A stretch of DNA of 62,288 bases, the filler included, from Asterionella formosa (Eukaryota): assembly GCA_002256025.1 (NCBI GenBank). It is 4 parts of 4 records of this genome, joined end to end, with 100 filler letters (N's around TTAATTAATTAA, not from the genome) between each part and the next. Parts side by side here need not be neighbours in the genome. Positions count along the whole stretch, not along the records: positions 1 to 15,519 come from NKIB01005402.1; 3 more parts are not named here. The stretch is one strand, 5' to 3'. The number at the start of each line of letters is the position of its first letter. Positions within the stretch are counted from its first letter, which is position 1. The notes beneath the pieces are model-generated. The model was not told where the DNA came from. It searched no databases and worked only from the letters and a program-made list of their open reading frames with translations. Made by a program: the position numbers and the translations under genes. Shown here one piece after another: positions 1 to 12,078 of the stretch.

Positions 1-1322
1 GTAAGTTGTTTAAATGGCTGTTTGATGGTCCATATAGGTCAGCACTTTTCAATACAATATGAATAGTTATACTGGTATTCATTAGCTAAAATAAAATGGC
101 TGAATGCATTGACAAACTGCAGATTAATTTTTCACCTGTAGCTCTACTAGCTAGGATCTAGATATTTAGTAGCCAAATACAGGCAAACATGTATGTACAT
201 AATATTGCTTTTGACAGGAAGGATTATCATTCTTCTGAAGACATTGACCATCCTCAGAAACATCATAATTTGTCAACAGCAATGTTGCTGTCATCATTCA
301 CTTCATTCACAACAAACTTTAAGCTGAAATCCATCAAGAAAAGATGGGTTTTAAACTACTGGATCAGCTTGCTGCTCACAGCATTGGATCTAAACTTGAA
401 TAGCTAGCCTTGCTTGGTGGTTATTCTTCTTTCACGGAATTGCAATCAACTAAACAAAGCTGCTTTTTATGTTTAATTCAACATTCATATTAATTTAAGT
501 CATTCTCCAGTGCAGCGTGCACCATTGTAGTCTTTGATTGAAATTGCTTGACATCCATCTGGTTTGTGCTAGTACTAGGACAATTAATCAGGGTGCAATA
601 TTTCAAAACAGATACCATACTATCTAGTTTGCTCGATGTTGGTGGATCGAATATATTACTACTAGCTGCTAGTAGGAGAGTACATAATTTTGTCAAAGTA
701 CACTGAGCACAGCAATTCTGCTAGTGTTGCTTGTTTCTGTGTACTACGGTATGAATAAACTGTCAATCAAGGAAATAAATAATCATCATAACAATGTGAA
801 GCATTTTTAAAGATTATTGTTGTTGTCATCACCCTGATAATCCCCTTCATGATTCAGAATAGAAGAAGTGCTCTTGTGACTGATCATCATTGTGCCTTCC
901 AACGAGACAATTCGCCTTGGGGATTTCATCTTGCTTGTAATGGATCAAAATTAATTAATCATGGTTGTAATTGGAATTTTGCTCTAATTAAAAGGAAACA
1001 AAAAGTCAGTGTGATTGTCAGAATTAATAAGAACAACAAAAGGTGTTTGTAATTCACTCTTGCCCCAGAAACGGACAGTGAATTAGCTAGGTCTCGCCAA
1101 CTTTTGATTTAGTTAGGAATGGATCACCACAACCACAGTGCTGATCCTGCATACAACATTGTATATACTGGAGTGCGAGATCACTCCTAAGTGTGGGTAT
1201 TGACAACATGTTCATTTCAAAACCCATTTAATGAAAAATTTCTAAATATTCTTTTACGCCCATTCTAGTAGGAAAAACCAGCAGTATCTAGCAAAGGTGT
1301 AGGAGCTCGAGAAATCAACAAT

Positions 1323-1648
1323 TATGGTAGTAAAGGTGTCATTGCTTTACCAGGGTCGTCGAGCAACTCTTTCCTGGTCAAGTTTATGCTTCGGGTGTCA
1401 CCTTGGCGGCCAATGGAAAATCACCTTTTGATGGATATACTAAATATAAGCTCTACAATGGGGTTCTCTCCCCTCGTTGGGGTGACTATTCTGCAGCTGC
1501 AGTAGATGGACGGTATGTTTACACTGTCAATGGGTACATTTAGCAGGAAAAATGTACTGTTTTGAAGTTACAAACCGATCAATGTGGTAGAACACACGCT
1601 CGTAGATCAAACTGGAGCGGCAGGATTACCAAGACCAATTTGTTGTAA
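1323..1648 (+). pseudogene. Decayed C-terminal fragment of a bacterial-type secreted protein with an RWGDY motif
   Basis: Manual translation gives YGSKGVIA/FTRVVEQLFPGQVYASGVTLAANGKSPFDGYTKYKLYNGVLSPRWGDYSAAAVDGRYVYTVNGYI*QEKCTVLKLQTDQCGRTHARRSNWSGRITK, with one frameshift and one internal stop. Family resemblance is recalled, not searched. Confidence 0.55.
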
Positions 1649-2013
1649 TCACTATAAATCAGTTAGGATATTGAAAAATTCCACTGGATTATCAATCATA
1701 TCAGCAAAATTCAAAAAATAAGTCCAATGAATGGAAGGAAGAACAAACTGAAACAAAAATGAGGGGCAGAGCATCTCAAATTACAATGCATTCAAAGCAC
1801 ACAATAGCAATACTAATAGTATATCGAAACACCATTTATAATATCTAATGTTGCAATATAAATCAACACTAATGAAATTTTTGTTCACACTATCCTGTAG
1901 TCCTAATTTCCGTGCACCTTACACTATACTCCTACAATATCTGATCTGTATTGGAAGAAGGTCCTAATGAACAATACACATATGCAATACATACTTGTCA
2001 TACATGCTTCCAA

Positions 2014-3390
2014 CTATACTTGAAGTGTTTGAAACTCTTTCATACCATGTAATTCCTCCCCCACTTGATCCAAACATTGATACCCACAACCGGAATCATG
2101 ATACAAACAATTTGATGTTTGCTCTTTCCCATCCAATGTGCATGGAAAGAGAACCTTGTCGATGCACCTTTTGAATGCCAATTCTTGTGCCCACTTGAAT
2201 TTTCCAAGTTCTCGGTCAACCACATCTCTTCCCAAGGACTGAATGGTTCGGTCTAGTGAATGGTTGACTGCTTGATACAGCATTTGATCTGCCATTGTAT
2301 AATTGATCCATTCGGGTGATTGAAACAATAATCTCATATCTGTACTTTCAAACTTGGGAATCAAATATGAACAGCCCAATTCTGAATTAAATTTTTCAAA
2401 GCTTTCCGATGATTTAGATGACAAGTACAAAATATCTTGTGTTTCCAATCCCAGCAACAATTGCAACACGACCAAACTTTCATCAAGTCGTTCTGTAATG
2501 CCTATAAAGTCATAATCGTCCAATATGGACTGTGTGGCATTCACATAGGTTTCTGGATTTCTGGGAAAAACTTCTTGAATGGACAGGGACTTTAAATAAT
2601 ATGCTTGATCATAGATCCAAACATCGTACGATGCATAATAGGCAGCAAGCTCTTGTGCTGTTGGCATAATGTGCTTTCTAGACACTGCAAAATGAAAAAA
2701 CTTGGAGAGCATTCGTGCATTCGGTTCTCGTGCCATGGACCATAAAAATGATTGGTTCCGTAGTCGGAATTGAAACTTCCGTGCTCTCATGTGAAAGAAT
2801 CGTGCCCGACACATGGTAAGATTGTTAGTATCATTTCTTCTTCGTTTGGCAACATTACGGGCAATTCGTAACGTTACTCCTGCCAAAGTGGACGAGGCGG
2901 TCTTCATTTCTTTAATATATAAGAATCCTTGGTTAGTTGGTCGTCGAGAATGGGATCCTTCCCATTCTACACATGGGAAGGGATAGGGATATATTGGAAA
3001 TGTTCGTTGCGGTCCAGTATATGTTGTCAAGTGGGTGATTTGTCGTTGTTGTTGTTGTTGCTGCTGCTGTTGTTGCTGTTGTACATGCCCCGAAGCGAAT
3101 AGAAAGGATCTTGAATGCTGAACAGTCACGTTAGTATCGGCGCCAGAACCCTTCACATCATGATGGGCAACAACAGCACGTGAACCTCGTTTGGAACAAG
3201 GGATCAATGCCAATTCAAACAGATAAATGATGGTCTGATACAGTAAATACGCCTGGAGTAATCGAGTAATTGTTGGTACCCAAGCATCGGTTAGATTCCC
3301 TTCATGATGTTTGCTGTCGCTGTCGCTGTCGTTGATACAAGGCACCTGATCGTTTGGTGCCCTAGCAAGCTGTCGTTTGCGACGAATCAT
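2014..3390 (-). CDS. Type II membrane sulfotransferase (Gal-3-O-sulfotransferase/Sulfotransfer_2-like)
   Basis: 458 aa ORF with an N-terminal hydrophobic anchor and a polyQ stretch. PAPS-binding-like motifs FLYIKEMKTASST and REPNARMLSKFFH, plus DFIGITERLDESLVVL. Confidence 0.7.
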   Translation of the reverse strand: MIRRKRQLARAPNDQVPCINDSDSDSKHHEGNLTDAWVPTITRLLQAYLLYQTIIYLFELALIPCSKRGSRAVVAHHDVKGSGADTNVTVQHSRSFLFASGHVQQQQQQQQQQQQRQITHLTTYTGPQRTFPIYPYPFPCVEWEGSHSRRPTNQGFLYIKEMKTASSTLAGVTLRIARNVAKRRRNDTNNLTMCRARFFHMRARKFQFRLRNQSFLWSMAREPNARMLSKFFHFAVSRKHIMPTAQELAAYYASYDVWIYDQAYYLKSLSIQEVFPRNPETYVNATQSILDDYDFIGITERLDESLVVLQLLLGLETQDILYLSSKSSESFEKFNSELGCSYLIPKFESTDMRLLFQSPEWINYTMADQMLYQAVNHSLDRTIQSLGRDVVDRELGKFKWAQELAFKRCIDKVLFPCTLDGKEQTSNCLYHDSGCGYQCLDQVGEELHGMKEFQTLQV

Positions 3391-3912
3391 TATACCGGTA
3401 TATGTATCTGGTAGCTGATGGCTTCATCAGAAGCAATACTACCTTGTACCGTATTCTGTACGGTTGGCGATGACTTGCACGTGGCGTTATCCAGACGCTG
3501 CAACTATGGTACCTGGTACCGGTAGTTGAGGTCGCTTTAGTAAATACCGGTAGAAACGAACCCTAAATCTATAATGGACTACTACCAGTATCCTTCAATA
3601 CATATATGTAATGAATATTTTTACATAGGAACGACCGCGTGACGAAATTCAAATCCACTATTTCGCCATTGTTTGCGCACAGTGTATAGATTAGGATCAA
3701 TGGCCCTTCTGTTGTACAGCATAAAAACAATAAATGCAAATATATTACTTATTGGCGCCATCATTCTGTTTTACCATTGTTGATCCTTTTCCTCGTCGCT
3801 ACCTGTTACTCTGCTTGATCGAGTAACACTCAAGAAGTATACAGTTTACCTCGGCTGTCACTCCGCCCCCACATATTTATATATTCCTGTGGCTAGCTAT
3901 ACGAGCCATTCC

Positions 3913-4866
3913 ATGATCATGACGACAACAACAACAACAACACGCAGCGAAAATTCACACCAAAACGAGACAATGTCAAGAATCCCACCACCACCATTTG
4001 CCATTTCCATCCTTTCCCCTGATCGAAAAGAATTGGCCGAGATTATGGCGATGGAAATGGTGTTGTACTCCAAAAAGAGTCTCAATTGGGATCGAATGTG
4101 CCAACAAGTCACGAATCCAACGCTATTAGAACGGATTCAACAGAAACGAACCTATACAAGTTTCAGTGGCTCTGCTATGAACCTTTTAGTAGGAAAAGGA
4201 GAGCAGCGCACTGTTTTTATGAAATATCGTGCTTGGCTTATCCAACACGAATACACGACTGTACAAGTAGTGAAGACAAAGGCAGCGGCAGCAATTCCCA
4301 TTCATCAGTTGAGCCATGATCTCTTCCTAACTCCCTTCAATCATAAAAATAAGCTCTATTCTTGGAAAGCGCACTATCAACACTTGATCGCAAAATTTCT
4401 TGAACAAAAGGCAGTTCGATATGAAACCTTGTCGGAACATATTATCAATCAGGTCAAAAGTGTAACTCAACAGCAACAACAGCAGAAAAATACTAGTGCA
4501 AACATGAGTTGTATCAGTGCTGTACTAATTGACGCATTTATTGAAGAACAAGATGACGTCTATTCCCTCCATGCGGCATGTCATGACAGCTTAACCAACA
4601 GAAGTAATAGTCACAATGAAATCATGACTTCAGCACAGACGCTGGACTTTTTCATTGAACAATTGCAAGCAGAGACAAAAACGTTTTTGACCATGCGACT
4701 ACAACAGCTCTTTCATGCCTTTTTAAAAAGTAACCCAAAGAGCAATAATGATGATATATGGGGAAATGTGTTGAAACAATATAGTGACTTTTGGGGCCTG
4801 CATTATCGAACCTTGGAAACGATATTGGACTTTCACATGGAGGGAGTGGAAGAACAGGGAATTTAA
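3913..4866 (+). CDS. Hypothetical protein
   Basis: Open frame of about 317 aa from the first ATG, divergent from the sulfotransferase. No motif recognised. Confidence 0.55.
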   Translation: MIMTTTTTTTRSENSHQNETMSRIPPPPFAISILSPDRKELAEIMAMEMVLYSKKSLNWDRMCQQVTNPTLLERIQQKRTYTSFSGSAMNLLVGKGEQRTVFMKYRAWLIQHEYTTVQVVKTKAAAAIPIHQLSHDLFLTPFNHKNKLYSWKAHYQHLIAKFLEQKAVRYETLSEHIINQVKSVTQQQQQQKNTSANMSCISAVLIDAFIEEQDDVYSLHAACHDSLTNRSNSHNEIMTSAQTLDFFIEQLQAETKTFLTMRLQQLFHAFLKSNPKSNNDDIWGNVLKQYSDFWGLHYRTLETILDFHMEGVEEQGI

Positions 4867-5052
4867 CGGCGCGCATTTCATTCATCGTATTCATATTGAA
4901 TTTTACAGATAGAGAAAACCATAAACATATATATTTTACATATTAAAGTCAAATGGATAATGGAAGCAAACAGCTATGATAGAAAGTAGTGCAACAGAGA
5001 CAAGGCTAAAAATAATTGGAAAATAAATTGTCTTAGTTTTGTCGCCCTTATG

Positions 5053-6811
5053 CTAAAACTCTGCATTGCCTGGATACCTTGGAAACGCAATCGCTTCACG
5101 AATGTTTTCAATACCTGTCACATAAGTGACCAAGCGTTCGAATCCAAGTCCATACCCAGCATGAGGGACAGAACCAAATCGTCGAAGGTCTAAGTACCAC
5201 CAATAGTCTTCTGGGTTCAACTCTTGTTCTGCCATTTTGGCCAAAAGCACGTCCAATCGCTCTTCTCGTTGGGAACCACCCACCAGTTCGCCCACTCCAG
5301 GAACGAGTAAATCCATGGCATTCACTGTCTCACCATCGTCGTTGTCGTTGTCACGCATATAAAAGGCCTTGATCATTTTGGGGTAATTGTAAACAAAGAC
5401 TGCACTATTAAACTTGGTTTCCGCCAACCAACGCTCATGCTCGGTGGCCAAATCTGTTCCAAACTCCACATGAGGGAATTGCCACTTCGATGGGTCTTTG
5501 GCAATTTCTTCTTGTAAATATAAGATCGCATCTCGATACGGCACTCTAGCAAAGGGTTGGGACACAAGCTTTTCCAATCGTGTCATGAGAGCCTTGTCAT
5601 AAAAGTTTTGGAAGAATTCCAAATCATCACGACATTTGGAAATAATATCTTGAACCACAAATTTCAACATTTGCTCTGCATTGTCCATGGCACCACCCAA
5701 ATCACAAAATGCCATTTCCGGTTCCACCATATGAAATTCTGCCAAGTGCCGTGACGTTTGTGAATTTTCGGCGCGAAAGGTAGGACCAAAGGTATACACA
5801 TCCCCCAAGGCACAGGCATGAGTCTCAGCTGCCAATTGTCCACTCACTGTCAAAAACGCAGCCTTGCCAAAAAAGTCTTTGGAATAGTCCACCCCAGCAC
5901 CAGTACTTGAACTCTTCTCGTTGTTGTTCTTTTTGTCACTACTGTCATCGCCATCCTTCTTCTTTTTGGCCAATGGTAGGCTTGCTACATGATCTAAATC
6001 TAATGTAGTAACACGAAATAATTCCCCCGCACCTTCACAATCACTTGCTGTGATCAATGGTGTCTGAACATAGACGAATCCTGATTGCTGAAAGAACGAA
6101 TGAATGGCCCCTGCCAGAACCGAACGTACTCGAGCCACAGCTGCGACTGTATTGGTCCGTGGACGTAAATGCGCCATGGTTCGTAAATATTCCAAGGAAT
6201 GTCGTTTTTTAGCCAATGGGTACGTGTCGGCAGGACAGTCACCCACAACTACCAATGAAGTCACGGCCAATTCAACAGTTTGTTTCCCACCCTCGGACAG
6301 TACGAGTGGACCAGTGACAGAAACAGAACATCCGGTAGTTATTTTATTCATTTCTTGGAAAGAAAATAGAGTGTTTTTTTTGATATGGGGATACAAGAGT
6401 CATAATGATGTGAATTCAACGCTGTTCTGGAGTTTCCACTGGAGCGCGCACACAGGCACAAAAACACTCACCTTGAATCATGTTTTCATTCATTTGATCC
6501 AATGTCAAAACACATTGAATTCCATTCAAATTGGATCCATCGTTGACTTCAACAAAGGCTAATGTCTTTTGTTTCCGGATAGTCCGCACCCATCCTTTGA
6601 CAATCACAGGATAATCTGTCGCAGCCATGGCGTTGGCAGTTTTGATACGTGGGATAATCACCTTTGTCGCACTATTCGTCGACATGGAGACGACTGTGCG
6701 ACCGCTGAAGGCAGTCACTGCATTTCGTTGCATCATTTGCAAGAAATAAATTGTCATCATGATGTACACAAATGATGTTGTTGCTTTTGTTGTCGTATTG
6801 TTGATCGTCAT
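5053..6811 (-). CDS. asnS: Asparagine--tRNA ligase, organellar (probably plastid-targeted); exons 6811-6472 and 6353-5053
   Basis: OB-fold start [23 protein letters not shown]. Class II motifs [29 protein letters not shown] and [14 protein letters not shown] intron at 6471-6354 joins the two ORFs in frame. Presequence contains NAVTAF. Confidence 0.95.
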
Positions 6812-7688
6812 GACGGCAGTCCTACTAAAATTATGCTGCTTCTGGATCTAATCTATCACAGATTTAGCTTTCATTGGACGAAGAAACAGAACCATTCATA
6901 ATGTGTCGTGCAGGCATGATGTTTGCGAGGTGAAGACCCGAATATCTGTCTNNNNNNNNNNNNNNNNNNNNNNNNNNNNNNNNNNNNNNNNNNNNNNNNN
7001 NNNNNNNNNNNNNNNNNNNNNNNNNNNNNNNNNNNNNNNNNNNNNNNNNNNNNNNNNNNNNNNNNNNNNNNNNNNNNNNNNNNNNNNNNNNNNNNNNNNN
7101 NNNNNNNNNNNNNNNNNNNNNNNNNNNNNNNNNNNNNNNNNNNNNNNNNNNNNNNNNNNNNNNNNNNNNNNNNNNNNNNNNNNNNNNNNNNNNNNNNNNN
7201 NNNNNNNNNNNNNNNNNNNNNNNNNNNNNNNNNNNNNNNNNNNNNNNNNNNNNNNNNNNNNNNNNNNNNNNNNNNNNNNNNNNNNNNNNNNNNNNNNNNN
7301 NNNNNNNNNNNNNNNNNNNNNNNNNNNNNNNNNNNNNNNNNNNNNNNNNNNNNNNNNNNNNNNNNNNNNNNNNNNNNNNNNNNNNNNNNNNNNNNNNNNN
7401 NNNNNNNNNNNNNNNNNNNNNNNNNNNNNNNNNNNNNNNNNNNNNNNNNNNNNNNNNNNNNNNNNNNNNNNNNNNNNNNNNNNNNNNNNNNNNNNNNNNN
7501 NNNNNNNNNNNNNNNNNNNNNNNNNNNGCTATTGAATTTTTAAGTAGACCCCGCCCATCATGAATATTTGACATGGTATCTCCATCAGTACAGTTATACC
7601 TGTATTTGTATATAGAATAGTACTCTTTATTATTGGTTTCGCTCGTACTTTCAAGACCGTCATATTTATTTTAGAATCATCAAGCACC

Positions 7689-8537
7689 ATGGCCGGACCA
7701 AAGGTATGTACCGGTATGTTCATGTGTGTGTCCTGTGTGTATCCCATGCTTCGTTGTATGGCATGGGCCGCTGGAGTATGGGAATACGACGCAACGACGA
7801 ACGCCGACGCAGTCGTCCGCCTTTTTTACACGCCAAAGTACTCACTCCGGGTTTTTCTGCAGTTTGACGTTGCGACAGAAAAGGGCCTCGCTGCCTTTAG
7901 TGGATTCATGGGAACCAAGTCCTATGTTGAAGGATATTCCATGACGGGTGCCGATACGGAGTACTTTAGCAAGTTTACGTCGTGCCCAGATGTTACCAAG
8001 TACCCACATGCCTATCGTTGGTACATTCACATTAACGCCTTGAGTGGCGGTGCAAGCATGGCGGCTCCTCCTGCTCCAGCACCAGCTCCTGCTGCTGCTC
8101 CAGCACCTGCACCAGCTCCTGCTCCTGCTGCTAAGGACGACGATGATGACTTTGACGTCTTTGGTGATGAGGAAGAAGCCGACGAAGCTCCCAAGGAATC
8201 TCGAGTGGAAATGTTGGCCAGATTGAAGAAGGAAGCTGAAGAGCGTACCGCCAAGAAGGAAGCCAATCAACGTACCTTGGTGGGACTTGAAATCAAGCCA
8301 TGGTCGATGGAAACTGATTTGATGGAATTGTGGAAAAAGATTACAACGACCATTGTTCAGCCAGGACTCAAGTGGGGTGAAAACTGCCAGTTGGTGGATG
8401 TGGCATTTGGTATTAAGAAGATTCAAACCACCTTTGTGATGGGAGTTAACAATAGCAGTGATGATGTTCAAGAAGCTATTGAAGCCATGGAAGATGAAGT
8501 GCAGTCCGTGGAGATCTTGTCCATGAATGTCCTCTAA
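7689..8537 (+). CDS. EEF1B: Translation elongation factor 1-beta; exons 7689-7703 and 7863-8537
   Basis: KSYVEGY...YPHAYRWYIHI N-terminal domain, AP-rich linker, DDDDFDVFG acidic motif, and C-terminal LEIKPW...VDVAFGIKKIQ...VQSVEILSMNVL. Intron GTATGT...CTGCAG at 7704-7862. Confidence 0.93.
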   Translation: MAGPKVCTGMFMCVSCVYPMLRCMAWAAGVWEYDATTNADAVVRLFYTPKYSLRVFLQFDVATEKGLAAFSGFMGTKSYVEGYSMTGADTEYFSKFTSCPDVTKYPHAYRWYIHINALSGGASMAAPPAPAPAPAAAPAPAPAPAPAAKDDDDDFDVFGDEEEADEAPKESRVEMLARLKKEAEERTAKKEANQRTLVGLEIKPWSMETDLMELWKKITTTIVQPGLKWGENCQLVDVAFGIKKIQTTFVMGVNNSSDDVQEAIEAMEDEVQSVEILSMNVL

Positions 8538-8614
8538 ACTATCAATAACACTACAACAAACAATAGGACTAACATTTCAATTTCGCCTCGACTACCTGTA
8601 TACCTCAAGCTATT

Positions 8615-10021
8615 CTACTTGGTTTTTCGTGGCTTTTGATACAGCTTCGTGGACCAGTACAGCAAGGGAGACAATCCTTCCTCTTTTCCATTGTATCTAG
8701 GTTCCAATCCCAGCATGACACCCTTTCCTTCTGCCGCATGCGCTTTCATTGTGGTACGCCCTCCACCTCGGGCTAAATCTGGAAAGTTAAATCGCAACAA
8801 GGCTGTCAAATCCAATCGACTGCCACATGTTGTTGCATGACCTGCACTTTCCACAATATGAATGTGAGCATTGGGAAATACAGTTGCCAACCGCTCGGCT
8901 TCATCAATAGATGGCAAACAAACATCAGTTTCACCAGCAACAATCAAAGTCCTAAATGCCTTGTAATCTTGGAATTTTTTTAAAAATGTAAATGACATGA
9001 TGGAACAGCCCATATCCAACCATTCTGTCAACCTCCATTTCAATGTTCCTTGTGGCATGAATTGTAATTTGAATGGTAATGAAAATGCGACTCTCCCCAT
9101 GTAGGCTTCGCGTTCTTCTGTATCAATGACACTTGGAAGAGCCTTATTAGTAAGTATCAATAGCAGCTGTGGCCAGGAGTATTTGTCCATTAATAGGGGA
9201 ACAAGGAAAAGGAAAACGCCCAGAGGGTACAAGAGGGTTGGAAGTTGCGCCACCTTGGGGCCCATGGATGCCAATTTGGACCGATCATAGCATGTGGCGG
9301 CATTAATCAATACTAGCCCTTTTAAGGCAAATGTATTTTTATCTTGGTCTTGCTGAAGTAGTGATAAGGCAACGTCGGACGCCAGAATACCTCCAAATGA
9401 TTCTCCAACTAAATAGACGGGACGTTTCTTATCTTTGTCGTTGGATGATGATTGTTTGTCGGAAAAGCTCCAAAAGTTTGTGAAAAAATTATTGGTACGT
9501 TCTTGTTTTGATACTGCTGCATTGATTGTTGCTGTTGCTAATGTTTCATTAGTTTCCATAAGTATCGGAGTTGGTGCTACTTCGTGACAGTTATTATGAA
9601 TGAACCCAATCACATCTTGTTTCAGTTCCGAATAAGTGGATCGGTCTTGCATAGTCATGGTAAGGCACTGAATATCAAACATGGTGCCTAATTCTGGAAA
9701 TTGTATAAATGGAGCCAACCATGTTCCATCAAATCCTGGTAAATACAACAACAGGGGCTTCAGATGTTGTTGTGCCGTTTGGCTGTTGTCCTCAACAAGA
9801 GGATAGCCCTCGTCAATTAAGGGAGATACAAATGAAATATCTCGTTTTCGAATTGTCTCCTCCGAAAACAAACCAGTTCTCCTCCTTGATGTTGGAACAT
9901 GCAACAAAAAGGAAGATAGGACTGGCAACAGTACAACAAAGAGAACCAACCGACGGGAATAACAATGGCCACGAGTCCTCCGGAATTCCATTCGAAACCA
10001 GAATAGATTGGGAATGAACAT
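8615..10021 (-). CDS. Alpha/beta hydrolase resembling the hydrolase domain of phytyl ester synthase/ELT proteins; probably plastid-targeted
   Basis: LLYLPGFDG, nucleophile elbow VYLVGESFGG, LIVAGETD...LPS..EA.RL and the catalytic His in SAGH. Signal-like VLLPVLSSF. Confidence 0.8.
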   Translation of the reverse strand: MFIPNLFWFRMEFRRTRGHCYSRRLVLFVVLLPVLSSFLLHVPTSRRRTGLFSEETIRKRDISFVSPLIDEGYPLVEDNSQTAQQHLKPLLLYLPGFDGTWLAPFIQFPELGTMFDIQCLTMTMQDRSTYSELKQDVIGFIHNNCHEVAPTPILMETNETLATATINAAVSKQERTNNFFTNFWSFSDKQSSSNDKDKKRPVYLVGESFGGILASDVALSLLQQDQDKNTFALKGLVLINAATCYDRSKLASMGPKVAQLPTLLYPLGVFLFLVPLLMDKYSWPQLLLILTNKALPSVIDTEEREAYMGRVAFSLPFKLQFMPQGTLKWRLTEWLDMGCSIMSFTFLKKFQDYKAFRTLIVAGETDVCLPSIDEAERLATVFPNAHIHIVESAGHATTCGSRLDLTALLRFNFPDLARGGGRTTMKAHAAEGKGVMLGLEPRYNGKEEGLSPLLYWSTKLYQKPRKTK

Positions 10022-11187
10022 ATTTATTGCGTTTGACTCCTTTCTTTTGCTTGTTGTCTTTTACAGTATGATGGCGAAACAAGAACCGATATGTCAAGAA
10101 AGAAATGCAAAAGTAAAAAGCAAAATGTAAAGAACAAAGAAAAANNNNNNNNNNNNNNNNNNNNNNNNNNNNNNNNNNNNNNNNNNNNNNNNNNNNNNNN
10201 NNNNNNNNNNNNNNNNNNNNNNNNNNNNNNNNNNNNNNNNNNNNNNNNNNNNNNNNNNNNNNNNNNNNNNNNNNNNNNNNNNNNNNNNNNNNNNNNNNNN
10301 NNNNNNNNNNNNNNNNNNNNNNNNNNNNNNNNNNNNNNNNNNNNNNNNNNNNNNNNNNNNNNNNNNNNNNNNNNNNNNNNNNNNNNNNNNNNNNNNNNNN
10401 NNNNNNNNNNNNNNNNNNNNNNNNNNNNNNNNNNNNNNNNNNNNNNNNNNNNNNNNNNNNNNNNNNNNNNNNNNNNNNNNNNNNNNNNNNNNNNNNNNNN
10501 NNNNNNNNNNNNNNNNNNNNNNNNNNNNNNNNNNNNNNNNNNNNNNNNNNNNNNNNNNNNNNNNNNNNNNNNNNNNNNNNNNNNNNNNNNNNNNNNNNNN
10601 NNNNNNNNNNNNNNNNNNNNNNNNNNNNNNNNNNNNNNNNNNNNNNNNNNNNNNNNNNNNNNNNNNNNNNNNNNNNNNNNNNNNNNNNNNNNNNNNNNNN
10701 NNNNNNNNNNNNNATTATAGTAGCTGCTGGCTACTCAGGTACAAAGGATCAATTGATGATGAACCTGCGAGCAAGTGATAGTGACTACCATATACTTATT
10801 GAAGTTTCTCTTGCATGGTGCCAATCCTTAAAGATCCCACTACTTGATAGATCATCTGTGCACGTACAGTAGTTAATTGTACTAATACACTAACACTACC
10901 AGTACCAGTAGTACACCGTGGACGTATGTATTGATACACATGATACATACTTATTTGGAATCAGGAATCTCTATTGTTTCCGGTTGCCACCAGTACCGGT
11001 ATGTAATATTCAACAAGATGCATCTGCCTTGTCACCTCATCAACACAATGTCATATCATTCTATAGAGACAGATTGTTGTTGTGTTTTTGCGATTTGCTT
11101 GTGGTTGTGGTTCCTGAAGCCAAGAAGTGTTTCTAGCAAAGAAGCGACAAAGAGACCAGCACGCAAGGGAAAGCAAAGCGAACTCAC

Positions 11188-11378
11188 ATGACAATGGTGA
11201 CAACAACAGCAATCAAACTCCTTTTCGTAGTAACTCTCATTTCTTGTCTGTCCTCCTCATCGCTTGGGTTTGTCCCTCGTTATTATTCTTTTGCTCGTAC
11301 GACAACTTCTGGGGTTGTCGTTCTGAACTCCAATTCTAATGATGAAATTGCCAAATTGGAAGTTCAATTATTGCAATT

Positions 11379-11409
<31 letters not shown>

Positions 11410-11703
11410 CTAGAACAAGAACAAAAGGACTCTGCCAAAAGTAGCCGTCCATATGTATATGAACCCATGGAAGAAATGATGACGGAACAATGGAAATCAC
11501 AAGAGAAGGACGAGGATAATGCGTCATCCATTGTTTCTATCCCAACCATTGTGGCATCGTTCATGTTGATTGTAGGAATTATTGCAGCATCTCAAATTCC
11601 TGTCGGACAAGAAGAATTGAATACCTATGCGTCCATTCCATCAGGAACAAGTACTCAAAGAATTGATTTAGGGGATTTGAATGCAGCAAGAAAAACAAAC
11701 TAA
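11188..11703 (+). CDS. Hypothetical protein with signal/plastid presequence, polyQ coiled coil and one transmembrane helix
   Basis: Signal peptide ending SSLGF, EIAKLEVQLLQLK coiled coil, hydrophobic TIVASFMLIVGIIAA. Confidence 0.7.
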
Positions 11704-12078
11704 GTGGAATAAAATGAAAGCCCAGTCTCTCCAAAGCATAATTTACAAGACTTCGTACTGAACAAGTAAAAGCTCACAACAGAAACAGCAACATGAATAA
11801 AATAATTTAATATAGCAAGCAAACTTGTAGACTAGAGACTCCCTCGTCGTTTTCGTGGATAAACAAATTGACTACAAATAAAGAGAAGAGAAAAAGAATG
11901 ACCATTTATCCAATTTGCAAATGTAACAGTGCGCGTTGGAAAGAAGTAGAGTGCAGTTGGACAAGAGGTTTATCATTTAAAATAATGAAATCATGATAAT
12001 AAAGAAAATACAATAGCGTGTTTTGAATCAAGAATCTCAGTTGTGTTTTTTGGTTGTATTACTATCTCCCCTGTTGCA

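Noticed and set aside
6952..7527. Long ORFs spanning N gaps (also at 10145, 18128 and 56876)
   Set aside because: Artefacts of translating N runs.
7704..7862. Intronic snoRNA in EF-1beta (or RPL7a), as in other eukaryotes
   Set aside because: No C (RUGAUGA) or D (CUGA) boxes are visible in either intron.
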